A stretch of 64,000 nucleotides of DNA from Gemmatimonadota bacterium (GCA_039586795.1 JBDHJS010000016.1:81617-145616); one strand, 5' to 3'. Positions 9,487 to 19,948 are shown, counted from the first letter of the stretch. Notes: a model not told the origin generated them from the sequence alone. Numbers and translations: made by a program.

Positions 9487-10335
9487 ATGGCAGGCTCTTT
9501 GTACCTCGTGAGCACCCCGATCGGTAACCTCGGCGACATGACCCACCGGGCCGTCGAGGTCCTGCAGGCCGCGGATGTCCTCCTCGCCGAGGATACCCGC
9601 CGCACCCGCGTGCTCCTCGATCATTACGGCGTCGAGGCCAACACTCTGCGATCCTACCATGAGCACAACGAGGCGACTCGCGCCGAGGAGATGCGCGAGG
9701 TTCTGGCCGCCGGCCGAAGCGTGGCGCTGGTCAGCGATTCAGGTACACCACTCATCTCCGACCCGGGGCTGCGCCTCGTGCGCGCCGCCCTCGAAGTCGG
9801 GGCCCGTGTTGTGCCGCTGCCAGGACCCTCGGCCGGGCTCGCCGCCCTCGTCGCGTCCGGGCTCGACCCACAGCCGCATACGTTCTTCGGCTTTCTCCCC
9901 CGCGGTGGTCGCGAGCGCCAGGAGTTGATCGCGATGCTGGCATCGCTGACCCACACGGCGGTGCTCTACGAATCGCCCCAGCGCTTGGCCGATACGCTGG
10001 ACGATCTGGCAGCCGAGCTCGGCGCCGACCGCCGTGTGGTTGTCGCCCGGGAACTGACCAAGATCCACGAAGAGTTTCAGGGGGGCGGCTTGGGCGCGGT
10101 GGCGGCTCACTATCGTGAGAGCCCACCGCGGGGCGAGGTAGTGATCTGTCTGGCCGCCGCGGCGCCGCCGGAAGGCGCCAGCGAGGAAGAGATCCTGGCC
10201 GCGGCACGCGAGCTGGTGACCGGTGGAGCCACGTCAAAAGAGATCGTGCGTGAGCTACGCGATCGTTTCGGGATCGAGCGTAATCGCGCGTATTCGGTCG
10301 CGCTGCAAGCGGCCAAAGAGGAAGAATCTATTTGA
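9487..10335 (+). CDS. rsmI: 16S rRNA (cytidine1402-2'-O)-methyltransferase
   Basis: LYLVSTPIGNLGD, AEDTR, VSDSGTPLISDPG, YESPQR, RELTKIHEE. Confidence 0.95.
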   Translation: MAGSLYLVSTPIGNLGDMTHRAVEVLQAADVLLAEDTRRTRVLLDHYGVEANTLRSYHEHNEATRAEEMREVLAAGRSVALVSDSGTPLISDPGLRLVRAALEVGARVVPLPGPSAGLAALVASGLDPQPHTFFGFLPRGGRERQELIAMLASLTHTAVLYESPQRLADTLDDLAAELGADRRVVVARELTKIHEEFQGGGLGAVAAHYRESPPRGEVVICLAAAAPPEGASEEEILAAARELVTGGATSKEIVRELRDRFGIERNRAYSVALQAAKEEESI

Positions 10336-11207
10336 ACAGCCGACAGCCGATATCCGCCGCTCGACTCTCGAGTCCTGTTCGGCGCCCGACGCCCAACCCC
10401 CGACTTCCGACCGCCGTCTCTCCGTACGTCGAGCGTCGGACGTCGATCGCCCAACAGGACTCGGTCGTCGAGCGACCGCTGTCGGCTGTCGGCTGTCGAG
10501 ATCAGTCGGCGCGAATTCCCAATCGCATTCCGTACCTGATCGCACTGGCGTGCTTGCTCGCAGCAGCTTCTCCCGCAACGCCACAAGCGCCGTCCGACCC
10601 AACGCAACTGACCATAGGCCGCTTGCACTACGGCGGCGGCGGCGACTGGTACGCAAACCCATCCTCGCTGCCAAACTTGCTCGAGCGCATCGCCAGAGAC
10701 ACACGGCTGCCCGTCGCTACGCGTGAGGCTGTCGTCACGCCGCTTAGCCCGAACCTTCATGACTATCCGTTTCTCTATATGACCGGGCATGGCAACGTCC
10801 GCTTCACCGACGCGGAGATCACCGCGCTACGCGAGTACTTGACGACCGGCGGCTTCCTTCATGCCGACGACAACTACGGCATGGACGAATCCTTCCGACG
10901 AGAAGTCCAACGGGTCTTTCCCGAATCTGAGCTGGTGGCGATCCCTTTTGACCATCCCGTGTATCACATCGTGTACACGTTTCCAGACGGGTTGCCGAAG
11001 ATCCACGAGCATGATGGCCTGCCGGCAGAAGGGCTGGGCATCTTTTACCAGGGCCGGATCGTCATCTTCTATAGCTACCAGTCGGATCTCGGCGACGGGT
11101 GGGAGGATGCTGATGTGCACGATGATCCCCTTGACTCCCGCGACAGGGCGCTCGCTATGGGCGTCAACCTGTTCGCCTACGCGGTAGCTCAACGGAAGAG
11201 TCAGTGA
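10332..11207 (+). CDS. DUF4159 domain protein; the first ~55 codons are repeat-derived and the true start is uncertain
   Basis: RLHYGGGGDWYANPSSLPNL, PFLYMTGHG, GGFLHADDNYG, PKIHEHDG, DLGDGWED, MGVNLFAY. Confidence 0.85.
   Translation: MNSRQPISAARLSSPVRRPTPNPRLPTAVSPYVERRTSIAQQDSVVERPLSAVGCRDQSARIPNRIPYLIALACLLAAASPATPQAPSDPTQLTIGRLHYGGGGDWYANPSSLPNLLERIARDTRLPVATREAVVTPLSPNLHDYPFLYMTGHGNVRFTDAEITALREYLTTGGFLHADDNYGMDESFRREVQRVFPESELVAIPFDHPVYHIVYTFPDGLPKIHEHDGLPAEGLGIFYQGRIVIFYSYQSDLGDGWEDADVHDDPLDSRDRALAMGVNLFAYAVAQRKSQ
10336..10496. repeat. 161-bp imperfect palindrome (REP/MITE-like) built from 7-nt units
   Basis: Arms 10336-10405 and 10427-10496 are reverse complements at 55/70 positions by manual alignment, with a perfect terminal 15-mer ACAGCCGACAGCCGA. 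Confidence 0.8.
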
Positions 11208-11214
11208 GCGACGG

Positions 11215-14200
11215 ATGACCAAACGGGCGCGAAGACCAGAAGCCAGAGTGCGAGCTCTATGGCGCCGGGTGGCGGCGTATCTCGGCGCAGCGGCGGCCGG
11301 CGGCGCCCTGGCTGCCGCTGCCGCGTTGCTGCTCGCTAGTTGGCTGGCCCGTGATAGCGGGGCGTGGGCGCGCCCGTCAGCCCTGCCGCTACTGCTTTGG
11401 ATCACTTTGGCCGCGGCTCTGGCTGTCTGGCTCTGGCGGCTGGCCCGGCGAGCGTTCACGTGGAGTCGGCGGGCGGCGGCTTCCGAAATCGAACGCCGCA
11501 TCGGTCTACGTCGAGGTTCTGTTCAGGGAGCGATCGAGGTCAAGGCTCAAAGTAGCGGCACCTCCAGAGCCCTCGCCGAGTTGCAGCGCCGGAGAGTCGG
11601 GGAACAGCTATCGGGTCGCCGCGTGGTGGAACTCGGCGATACGCAGGCGGCTGGAGCCAGGTTCCGGGCACGTGCCGCGGGTGGAATCGCGGTCCTCCTG
11701 CTTGTCGCTACCGGGTCTGTTTGGTTCACGTCGCGGGACGATGCCTCTCGTGCCTGGGCCGAAGTACTGCATCCCGTCCGACATCTTTCCGCTCCGCCGC
11801 TCCCCGCAATTCATATTGCTGCAGGGCTGGATCGTGTTAGGCGCGGCCGCGACCTGCCGCTCGTAGTCGTCGCGCCCCTGCGGGACTCGGTACTCGTCGT
11901 ATGGCAACCCCGCGGCGCGGTGCCTGAGAGCCGTTGGCACACAGTCCAGGGTGGGCGCGCGGAAGCATCGGTCCGCCGGCTCGATAGTCCGACGAACATA
12001 TGGGCGATGGCGCTCGACGGTGCGCTCAGCGACACACTTCACATCACGCCATTCGATCCGTTGCTGCTTCTCGACGTTAGAGTCGATCTTCGCTTCCCGT
12101 CTTACACGCGGCGTGAGCGCGAGGTGTTCTCGACACCGCTGCCGATCATGTCAGTGCCCGAGGGCACACGTGCGATCGTGACGGGCACCGCGACGCGGCC
12201 GGTGGAGGAGGCGGCGTTGCGGACGGCCGCGGGTGCGTCGATTTCGTTCGAAGTGGTCGACGAGCGACGCTTCCAGCGGAACTTCACCGTGCGGCCCGGC
12301 AGCTGGGGCTGGGAGATAACCGGTGCGGCGCGCGTCGCCCTCGAGGGCGAACCGGACTCGCTTCAGTTCCTGGTGGTACCCGACAGCGCTCCGCTCGTCG
12401 ATGCGGTCTTCCCCGGCGTCGACACGTTGCTTTCGACGTCGATGACGCAGCCGCTGATCATCGACGCTCGGGACGACTACGGAATCTCTCGGGTCGAGGT
12501 CGTCAGCTGGCGCATCTCCGCATGGGGCGAGCGGTGGCCCGAGCTTGTACAGCCACTGCCACTCGATGGTGATGCGCCTCGTGCGAGCTTGCCTTCACTC
12601 CTGGACGCACGTGGCCGCGGCTTCATGCCGGGCGACACGCTGCGCTACTACGTCCGTGCCTACGACAACGCGCCGGAACCGCACGAGGGCAGAAGTCGGG
12701 AGTACGTGTTGCGACTCCCAACGTTGGATGAGGTACGCGACCGGGCTATCGCTGACGCGGACGAGCTCGTGGAGAGCACGGAGGACCTGGCCGAGCTCGC
12801 GCGACAGCAGGAGGAAGCGCTGCAAGCGCTCGAGCGCGCCAATCGCACGCAGCCAGCGCCGGGTACACAACAGCTGGCGGGTGAGAGCGGCGCGGAGTTC
12901 CGGGAGACCGAAGCGGCACGCCAGGCCCTGGAAGAAGCGTCCGAGCTGCTGCGACAGTCGGAGCAGGTTCTCGAGCAGCTCCGCGATCTACAGGATGCTG
13001 TCGAGGCATCCGGCCTCAACGACACGACGGTGCTCGAACGTCTACGCGAGATCGAGTCGCTCTACGATCGCATCCTCACCCCCGAGTTGAGGGACCAGAT
13101 CGAGGAGCTACGCGAGGCGCTCGCCGAGCTCGACCAACGGCAGATAGAACAAGCGATAGAGAACCTGTCGGATGGCAGCGCCGACTTTCGTGAACGCGTC
13201 GAGCAGACCGTCGAACTGCTCAAACGCGCCGCAATGGAGCAAGAGTTCAGCACACTGGAGACGCAGGCGGAGGAGCTGGCTGAAGAGCACGAGGAGTTGG
13301 CGGAGGAGTTGTCCGATAGGGAAGCTGCTGGCGACTCGTCTGACGCTCGTTTCGAGCAGCGCGCTAACGACCTATCGCAACGCGCCGAGCAAGTATCAGA
13401 ACGATCCGAGGATCTGGCGACCGAACTCTCGCAAGCGGACGAGAGCCAGGCGGCCGAACAAGCGTCTGAAGCCCAGCGCGCCGCGCAGCAGGCATCGCAA
13501 TCGGATCAGCAAACCGCAAGCCAGGTCGGGCAGAACTCGCAACAGGCGAATCAGTCCGCCCAACGGGCGGCATCTCAGATGCAGCAAGCGGCGTCTTCGC
13601 TACGCGAAGGGCGCGAGCAGATGCAGGAGAACTGGCGTCAGGAGGTCACCCAGGCGCTGGAGCGCGCGCAAACCGAAGCGCTCGAGTTGGCGCGTCGACA
13701 GTCCGAGCAAACCGAGCGGATGCGATCGACCGATGCGGGTGAACGGGCTCAGGCGCGATCGGAGCAGGGCGCCTTGAAACGCGCCGTCGATCAGATGCAG
13801 CAGGAGCTATCGGAGGCCGGTAATAAGTCGCTGTTGATGGATCCTCAGCTCAGCCAGCAGATCGATGAGGTTTCCAGCGAGATGGAACAACTACTGTCAC
13901 AGATGAGCGACGGTACTCGCCAGCGTCGTGGCGATCCACAACTCAGCGAACGGATCGCCGAATCGCTGAACGACGTCGCCTATCAGGCGATGCAGGCGGG
14001 AGAGAACGCCAGCTCGGCGCAATCGGGTACCGGGCTGGCCGAGGCCTTGCAGCAGTTGGCGCAGCTCGCTCAGCAACAGGGTGAGCTGAATGCGCAGGCG
14101 GGTGGCCTGGAGCCGGGCGACGCGCTCGACGCGATCATGCAGCAGCTTCAACAGCTAGCCGCCCAGCAGCGGGCGATCGGGAATCAACTCAATGAGCTCA

Positions 14201-14577
14201 ATCAGGAGATGGGTCCCCGGGGCCAGGTGCTGGGTCGGTTGGACGAGCTGAGCAGCGAAGCGGAAGAACTAGCGCGCGAGCTCGAGCGGGGCCGTATCAA
14301 CGAACAGATCATCGAACGGCAGAACCGGTTGTTCAACCGGTTGCTCGACGCGGGCCGCACACTGGAGCGTGACGAGTTCGAGCGCGAGCGTCGCGCGGAG
14401 CGTCCGGGCGACATCGAAGTGATGAGGCCCGGCGAGTTGGCGCCTGAGCTCCTGGAGGGTCCACGCTATCCGTTGCCTGACGCCGAAACGCTTAACCGCT
14501 ATCCACCGGCGATCCGCAGACTGATCCTCGAGTACTTCGATCGCCTAAACCGAGGAGACACGTCCGGTGGCTCGTAG
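11215..14577 (+). CDS. Large membrane-anchored coiled-coil protein (DUF4175-like)
   Basis: N-terminal TM helices, Ig-like region with ARDDYGI and GDTLRYYVRAYDN, long Q/E-rich coiled coil, C-terminal RLLDAGRTL...EYFDRL. Confidence 0.75.
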   Translation: MTKRARRPEARVRALWRRVAAYLGAAAAGGALAAAAALLLASWLARDSGAWARPSALPLLLWITLAAALAVWLWRLARRAFTWSRRAAASEIERRIGLRRGSVQGAIEVKAQSSGTSRALAELQRRRVGEQLSGRRVVELGDTQAAGARFRARAAGGIAVLLLVATGSVWFTSRDDASRAWAEVLHPVRHLSAPPLPAIHIAAGLDRVRRGRDLPLVVVAPLRDSVLVVWQPRGAVPESRWHTVQGGRAEASVRRLDSPTNIWAMALDGALSDTLHITPFDPLLLLDVRVDLRFPSYTRREREVFSTPLPIMSVPEGTRAIVTGTATRPVEEAALRTAAGASISFEVVDERRFQRNFTVRPGSWGWEITGAARVALEGEPDSLQFLVVPDSAPLVDAVFPGVDTLLSTSMTQPLIIDARDDYGISRVEVVSWRISAWGERWPELVQPLPLDGDAPRASLPSLLDARGRGFMPGDTLRYYVRAYDNAPEPHEGRSREYVLRLPTLDEVRDRAIADADELVESTEDLAELARQQEEALQALERANRTQPAPGTQQLAGESGAEFRETEAARQALEEASELLRQSEQVLEQLRDLQDAVEASGLNDTTVLERLREIESLYDRILTPELRDQIEELREALAELDQRQIEQAIENLSDGSADFRERVEQTVELLKRAAMEQEFSTLETQAEELAEEHEELAEELSDREAAGDSSDARFEQRANDLSQRAEQVSERSEDLATELSQADESQAAEQASEAQRAAQQASQSDQQTASQVGQNSQQANQSAQRAASQMQQAASSLREGREQMQENWRQEVTQALERAQTEALELARRQSEQTERMRSTDAGERAQARSEQGALKRAVDQMQQELSEAGNKSLLMDPQLSQQIDEVSSEMEQLLSQMSDGTRQRRGDPQLSERIAESLNDVAYQAMQAGENASSAQSGTGLAEALQQLAQLAQQQGELNAQAGGLEPGDALDAIMQQLQQLAAQQRAIGNQLNELNQEMGPRGQVLGRLDELSSEAEELARELERGRINEQIIERQNRLFNRLLDAGRTLERDEFERERRAERPGDIEVMRPGELAPELLEGPRYPLPDAETLNRYPPAIRRLILEYFDRLNRGDTSGGS

Positions 14578-16363
14578 CTTGGTACGATGTCTGATCCTCG
14601 TAACAGCCTTCGCGCTTGCCGCTGGTGATCTTTCGGCGCAGGCGGGAGGCGATGCGCTTCGACAGCGGTTGCGACAGATCACGAGCTTGGAGCAGTCGGG
14701 TCAACTCGTTCGCGCTTACAGTGAGTTGCAGGTGCTTCTGCGTGACTACCCGGCGGAAGCCGGCGTCGTGCTCGCCTACGAGCGCGTCTGCCGACGACTG
14801 GGAACGCTGGCTGACGCTCTCCCCGCCATCGAGCGTGCCATAGAGATCAATCCGGACAATCCGACCCTGTGGCAAGCGCAGCTACGCGTGCTGGGTGAAT
14901 TGGGGCAGACGGACCGACTGATAGACGAAGGCGAACGCTGGCTCGTTGTCGCTCCCCAGCTGGAGACGGCCTACCACGACTATGCCCAGGCGCTGCGCCG
15001 CGTCGGCGAGTTCGAGCGTGCGGAGGCTGTCCTGCTCATAGGGCAAGACCGAGCCAACAGCTCCGGCATGCTGACCGTCGCCCTCGCGGATATCTACCTT
15101 GCTGAAGCACGCTGGGCCGATGCTGTGGAGCATTGGCTCGCGCTCCTCGAGTCGGCGCCCTCCATGGGATGGGACGTCGTCGTATCGCGGTTCGAGTCGC
15201 GGGGGCAGGACCAGATCGTGGTCGCGGTCGCCGTGCTCGATGTGATAGGCGTCGAACCGCCATCCGTAGCACACGCCAGTCTCGGCGCCATAGCCGCGTT
15301 GTACGCTGACGATCCGCAGACGGCTCGCCGCATGGCCGACCGGGCCCTGAGGGACATCGAACCGGCGCAGCAACGAGTTTTCATCGATGGGTTTGCCAGC
15401 CTGGCTGTCAGACGCGATCAACCGTCGCTAGTGGCCTGGACCTACCGTCACCTGCTGCGCGAGCTTCCCAACGATGCCAACGCTTTCGATCTGGCCAAAC
15501 AGATCGTGCAGCACGACCTGAGCGCCGGTGACACATCCGCGGCAATCGAAATCCTCTACGACTTCATTGCCGATGCGCAGCCCGGCTCGACGGGACACCA
15601 GTGGGCCGCCGCCGTTTGGGTACGGCTGGTTGCCGCGCGCGGTGACGCCAACAGAGCCAGCGACGCGCTGGAAGACTACGCCCGACTCTATTCCGCAGAC
15701 CCAGAGCTCTCGGACCTCGCCCTTATTGTCGCCGAGGCCTTCCTGCGGGAGGGGAAACCCGACGAATCACGGCGCGTGCTGGAGCTGGTCTCGGCGGAGT
15801 TGGCGGATCGCGATGTCAGAGCTCACATGTCGGCGGTCCGCGCCTACCTGGCGCTGTACGCCGGCGAGTACGACGAGGCTCGCACTCAATTCGAGACCGC
15901 TGCCGCGACTTTGACGGGCAGCGAGCGTAGCGAAGCGATCCGGCTGCTCAGGCTGCTGCGCCACGCCAGTGAGCCGGAGCTCGAGGCCGTATCGGCCGCC
16001 CACGTCGCTCTCATACAGCATCAACCGGCGCAGGCGTTTGAGCGTCTGTTGAGCGGCTTGGAAGACGCGCGTCCCTCCGCAGCGCGGCCGGCCCTCCTCG
16101 TCTGGGCGGGCGAGCTGGCGATCGAATCGGGCGCGGTGGAGCGAGCGGAAGCCGTCCTGCTTCGTGTCCCCGAGCTCTATCCGGAGTCCGGCGAGGCGCC
16201 ATTGGCCTTGATGAAGCTGGCCGAAGCCCTCGCGGCTGTCGATCGGAAAGACGATGCCATTGTCATCCTCGAGACCCTGATCATCGACTACCCGGAAAGC
16301 GCCCTCACGCCCATCGGTCGCCGCCGACTCGCCGAACTAAGAGAGGAGCTCCCCCGCTCATGA
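14567..16363 (+). CDS. Exported tetratricopeptide-repeat protein
   Basis: Signal peptide and helical repeats ending YPESGEAPLAL...IIDYPES...RRRLAELR; overlaps both neighbours. Confidence 0.8.
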   Translation: MARSLVRCLILVTAFALAAGDLSAQAGGDALRQRLRQITSLEQSGQLVRAYSELQVLLRDYPAEAGVVLAYERVCRRLGTLADALPAIERAIEINPDNPTLWQAQLRVLGELGQTDRLIDEGERWLVVAPQLETAYHDYAQALRRVGEFERAEAVLLIGQDRANSSGMLTVALADIYLAEARWADAVEHWLALLESAPSMGWDVVVSRFESRGQDQIVVAVAVLDVIGVEPPSVAHASLGAIAALYADDPQTARRMADRALRDIEPAQQRVFIDGFASLAVRRDQPSLVAWTYRHLLRELPNDANAFDLAKQIVQHDLSAGDTSAAIEILYDFIADAQPGSTGHQWAAAVWVRLVAARGDANRASDALEDYARLYSADPELSDLALIVAEAFLREGKPDESRRVLELVSAELADRDVRAHMSAVRAYLALYAGEYDEARTQFETAAATLTGSERSEAIRLLRLLRHASEPELEAVSAAHVALIQHQPAQAFERLLSGLEDARPSAARPALLVWAGELAIESGAVERAEAVLLRVPELYPESGEAPLALMKLAEALAAVDRKDDAIVILETLIIDYPESALTPIGRRRLAELREELPRS

Positions 16364-17631
16364 GCTCCCGACTCTCGTTCCTGCTCCTGCTCGTGCTCGT
16401 GATCGGATTCGGCGCGCCAAGACCGGCACAAGCCCAGTATCTGCTGGCGCCTATGGACAACGCCCAAACCAATCATCTCCGCTCCTACGGGCTCGCTTTC
16501 TGGGTGCTCAAACGCGGCGAAACGGTAGAGTGGCTGCTCAACTACCGGGACGGTTCGTTCTTACTGCCCGACGGAACCGAAATCCGCCGTGAGGCGGCGC
16601 TGCGAGGCGTGACGATCGAACCATTGAGTGGAGGCGCGCTTTCGGCGATACGCGCGGAGATCGAGTCTTCCAACATGGAAGCCGTGATACTCGAGGCCGC
16701 GCCGGAGATTGCCGTCTACACCGTGCCGGGGGCGCGACCTTGGGACGACGCGGTGACGCTGGCGCTCGCCTATGCCGGCATCGAGTACGAACAACTGTGG
16801 GATCCAGAAGTCATCGCCGGTGACCTCGAGCGGTATGACTGGTTGCACCTTCACCACGAGGATTTCACCGGCCAGTACTCCAAATTCTTCATCACCTACG
16901 CGGGCTCTTCCTGGTTGCAGGCTGCCGTGTCGCGGAACCGCCGCGTCGCGGCCGAGCTCGGCTTCGCCGATGTGCCGGCTCTGAAGAAGGGCGTGGCGGA
17001 GCAGATCCGTGCTTTCGTAGAGGGCGGCGGCTTCCTGTTTGCCATGTGCACCGCAACCGAGACGATCGACCTGGCGCTGGCGGCGCTCAACGTTGACATC
17101 GCCGCCAGCTACGCCGACGGCGACGGCGTCGATGCGGACGCTCAGTTACGGCTGGATTGGGAGCGCACGTTCGCCTTCGAGGGCGCCGAGATCATGGCCA
17201 ATCCGTCGATCTCGGCGTTCAGCGATATCGATGGCCACCTGGTCAACACCGCGATGCGTCAGCCGCTAGGGTCGTTTCGCCTGTTCGACTTCAGTGCCAA
17301 GATCGACCCGGTGGCCAGCATGTTGACCCAGAGCCACCAACGCGTGATCGGTGACTTCTACGGCCTGACGACCAGCTACCGACGTACTCGGCTCAAGCCG
17401 TCGCTAACGGTGCTGGCGGAGGAGCCGGGCGCGCCGTGGGTGAAGTACATCCATGGTAACTATGGCGAGGGCACCTGGACGTTCCTGGGTGGCCACGATC
17501 CGGAAGATCCGCAGCACGTGATCGGCGACCCGCCCACCGATCTGGACCTCTATCCCCATTCCCCAGGCTATCGGCTCATCCTGAACAATGTCCTGTTCCC
17601 GGCGGCAAAGAAGAAACACCTGAAAACCTGA
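16360..17631 (+). CDS. Conserved exported protein, class I glutamine-amidotransferase-like (family often mislabelled asparagine synthetase B)
   Basis: PMDNAQTNHLRSYG, WLLNYRDGSF, PWDDAVTLAL, DWLHLHHEDFTGQY, GGFLFAMC, GGHDPED, PGYRLILNNVLFPAA. Confidence 0.75.
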   Translation: MSSRLSFLLLLVLVIGFGAPRPAQAQYLLAPMDNAQTNHLRSYGLAFWVLKRGETVEWLLNYRDGSFLLPDGTEIRREAALRGVTIEPLSGGALSAIRAEIESSNMEAVILEAAPEIAVYTVPGARPWDDAVTLALAYAGIEYEQLWDPEVIAGDLERYDWLHLHHEDFTGQYSKFFITYAGSSWLQAAVSRNRRVAAELGFADVPALKKGVAEQIRAFVEGGGFLFAMCTATETIDLALAALNVDIAASYADGDGVDADAQLRLDWERTFAFEGAEIMANPSISAFSDIDGHLVNTAMRQPLGSFRLFDFSAKIDPVASMLTQSHQRVIGDFYGLTTSYRRTRLKPSLTVLAEEPGAPWVKYIHGNYGEGTWTFLGGHDPEDPQHVIGDPPTDLDLYPHSPGYRLILNNVLFPAAKKKHLKT

Positions 17632-17767
17632 CTGGCCGCAGGGGGGCCGGGCGGGTAAATTTAGGGTTTGCGGTGCGAAAAAGTGCAAAACCGGGCGCCA
17701 AATGGGCGGCCCGGGCAGCCCTGACGCGAAGCGCTGGCCGGAGGGTCACCAACAGGAGCGGATATAG

Positions 17768-18928
17768 ATGCCTCAGTTTTCAAAGCAGTTCTCGGTTTTG
17801 CCGCCATATGCGCTGGCTGACGTTCCCAAGATCAAGGCGGAGCTGATCGAGAAGGGCGTTGATGTGATCGACTTGGGAGCCGGCGATGCTGATCAGATGC
17901 CGCCGGCCCAGACGATATCTGCGATACAGGAGGCGGTTACGGAAGAGCGGATGAGCCGCTATCCGTTCCAGCGCGGCCTACCCGAGTTCCGGCTGAAGAT
18001 CTCGGAATGGACGAAGTTGCGTTTTGGAGTCGATGTCGATCCTTTCGAAGAGGTGCTGCCACTCATCGGGACCAAAGAGGGAATAGCGCACCTGCCGCTG
18101 CTGTACATCGATCCGGGCGATGTCGCGATCGTCCCCGATCCCGGGTACTACCCCTACTTTGGCGGTACGCACATGCTGGGTGCGGAAGCGATCATGGTAC
18201 CGCTACGCCGTGACAAAGGGTTCTTGCTCGACTGGACTGAGGTCCCGGCGGAGAAGTTGAAGCGAGCGAAGATTCTCTACCTCAACTACCCGAACAACCC
18301 GACGGGAGCTATCGCACCCGATAAGTACTGGCAGGACGCCATCGCTTTTTGCCACCAGCACGATCTGCTGCTGGTAAGCGACAACGCGTACTCCGAGATC
18401 GCGTTTGACGGTTATCGGCCGCCAAGTGTCTTAGAATATGACGGTGCGCGGGAAGTCGCCGTAGAGTTTCACTCGCTTTCCAAGACGTTCAACATGACCG
18501 GTTGGCGGATCGGTTGGGTGGCGGGGAACAAGGAAACCGTGCAGGCCCTGGCCAAGGTGAAGGTCTACTACGACACGGGCGTCTTCCTCGCCTGCCAGGC
18601 TGCGGGCGCTGCCAGCCTCGACGCGTGGGAGGAGTTCCTCCCCCGTCAGGTGGCCGTCTTCCAAGAACGCCGCGACGCGGCGGTGGAAGGCTTTCGCGCA
18701 GCCGGTTTCGAGGTCGAAGTGCCGAAGGCGACCATGTACCTGTGGATCCCGATCCCCAGCGGCGAGCCGTCACTCGAATTCGCGCGGCGGATCCTTCAGG
18801 AGTCCGGAGTGGTTCTATTCCCAGGTGCCGGGATGGGCCAGGGTGGCGAGGGCTTCTTCCGTGTGGCACTTACCAAGTCGGCCGAGCGCTTGCAGGAAGC
18901 CGCGCAGCGCGTGGCCGAAGTACTGTAA
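17768..18928 (+). CDS. dapL: Class I/II PLP aminotransferase, probably LL-diaminopimelate aminotransferase
   Basis: IDLGAGD, LIGTKEGIAHL, YLNYPNNPTG, DNAYSEI, EFHSLSKTFNMTGWRIG. Confidence 0.7.
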   Translation: MPQFSKQFSVLPPYALADVPKIKAELIEKGVDVIDLGAGDADQMPPAQTISAIQEAVTEERMSRYPFQRGLPEFRLKISEWTKLRFGVDVDPFEEVLPLIGTKEGIAHLPLLYIDPGDVAIVPDPGYYPYFGGTHMLGAEAIMVPLRRDKGFLLDWTEVPAEKLKRAKILYLNYPNNPTGAIAPDKYWQDAIAFCHQHDLLLVSDNAYSEIAFDGYRPPSVLEYDGAREVAVEFHSLSKTFNMTGWRIGWVAGNKETVQALAKVKVYYDTGVFLACQAAGAASLDAWEEFLPRQVAVFQERRDAAVEGFRAAGFEVEVPKATMYLWIPIPSGEPSLEFARRILQESGVVLFPGAGMGQGGEGFFRVALTKSAERLQEAAQRVAEVL

Positions 18929-18964
18929 GAGGAACAGGATAGACGTACAGGAGTATCACGGTCA

Positions 18965-19798
18965 GTGATCCTTTCAACCGTGCTCAGACCACCGGCGGCG
19001 CCGCCCGAGGAGAAACCTCCCAAGAAGGCGCCGCGAAGGAGCGGGGCGCTGGAGGCCTATCGCAGCCGCTCGCGCCGGTACGATCGCGCCATCGCCATTG
19101 GCGTGATCGGGTCGGTGCTCGCCCACGTGGTCTTCGTCTTCTTTTCCCGCGTGCTGATCGGATACCTGGAGCCGAATTACGACGTGCTGCCGCAGGCCGT
19201 GTCCCGACGCCTTCGCGATGAGGGCACGCGTATCATCGAATTCCAGGTGACGGAGAACATAGAAATCCAGCCGGTCCAGGTGCCTGAACCAGAGCCGGAA
19301 CCGGAAGTCGTCGAGCCGCTGGAAGAGGTCGATCCCGGGCCAACACTCTCGGCGGCCGAGCGCTTGCGCCCGCAGCTGGGCGACGAGCGCCTCAGGATCA
19401 TTCCGACGATCATCCTGCCGACGCGACTCGACATGACGCCCGCGGAACGGGCTGCCGAACTCCGTGCCCGGCTTTACGCGCTCATCGAGGAGTACGGCGA
19501 CAGCATAGCCGCAGCGATGGCTCGGGAAGCGGAGAGCATGGACTGGACCGTCGGCGAGGACGGGAACAAGTGGGGAGTATCGCCGGGCCAGATCCATCTG
19601 GGCCCGGTCACCTTGCCATTACCCTTCTATTTCGGCCCCACCCGCGAGCAGGCGGCTCAGGCCGGCGAGTGGGCGATCATCCAGCAGCAGGCGGGCCAAG
19701 GCGCGCTGGACGACGCGTTCGAGGACCGGGTCAGGGCCATTCGGGAGCGGAAAGAGGCCGAGGCCAAGGCGGATACGACATCGGGCGGCGGCGGCTGA
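18965..19798 (+). CDS. Hypothetical single-TM protein with a PE-rich linker
   Basis: SVLAHVVFV TM anchor (TonB-like SxxxH), PEPEPEPE, C-terminal WGVSPGQIHLG motif. Confidence 0.7.
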   Translation: MILSTVLRPPAAPPEEKPPKKAPRRSGALEAYRSRSRRYDRAIAIGVIGSVLAHVVFVFFSRVLIGYLEPNYDVLPQAVSRRLRDEGTRIIEFQVTENIEIQPVQVPEPEPEPEVVEPLEEVDPGPTLSAAERLRPQLGDERLRIIPTIILPTRLDMTPAERAAELRARLYALIEEYGDSIAAAMAREAESMDWTVGEDGNKWGVSPGQIHLGPVTLPLPFYFGPTREQAAQAGEWAIIQQQAGQGALDDAFEDRVRAIRERKEAEAKADTTSGGGG

Positions 19799-19948
19799 GC
19801 CGGCCCGGCCCAGACCGATTGCCACACCGTCCTTTCAAGATAAGTTTCACGCCATCACAGTGTTCACATGCCGACGCGGACCGCGCCCGGGCTCGGGCGG
19901 CCCCCGGGTTGGCGTACATCCTTTGAGGGAAAATTCGAGCTGGGTGAC

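Noticed and set aside
17632..17767. Lysine riboswitch upstream of the dapL-like gene
   Set aside because: The region is too short for a lysine aptamer and lacks its conserved motifs
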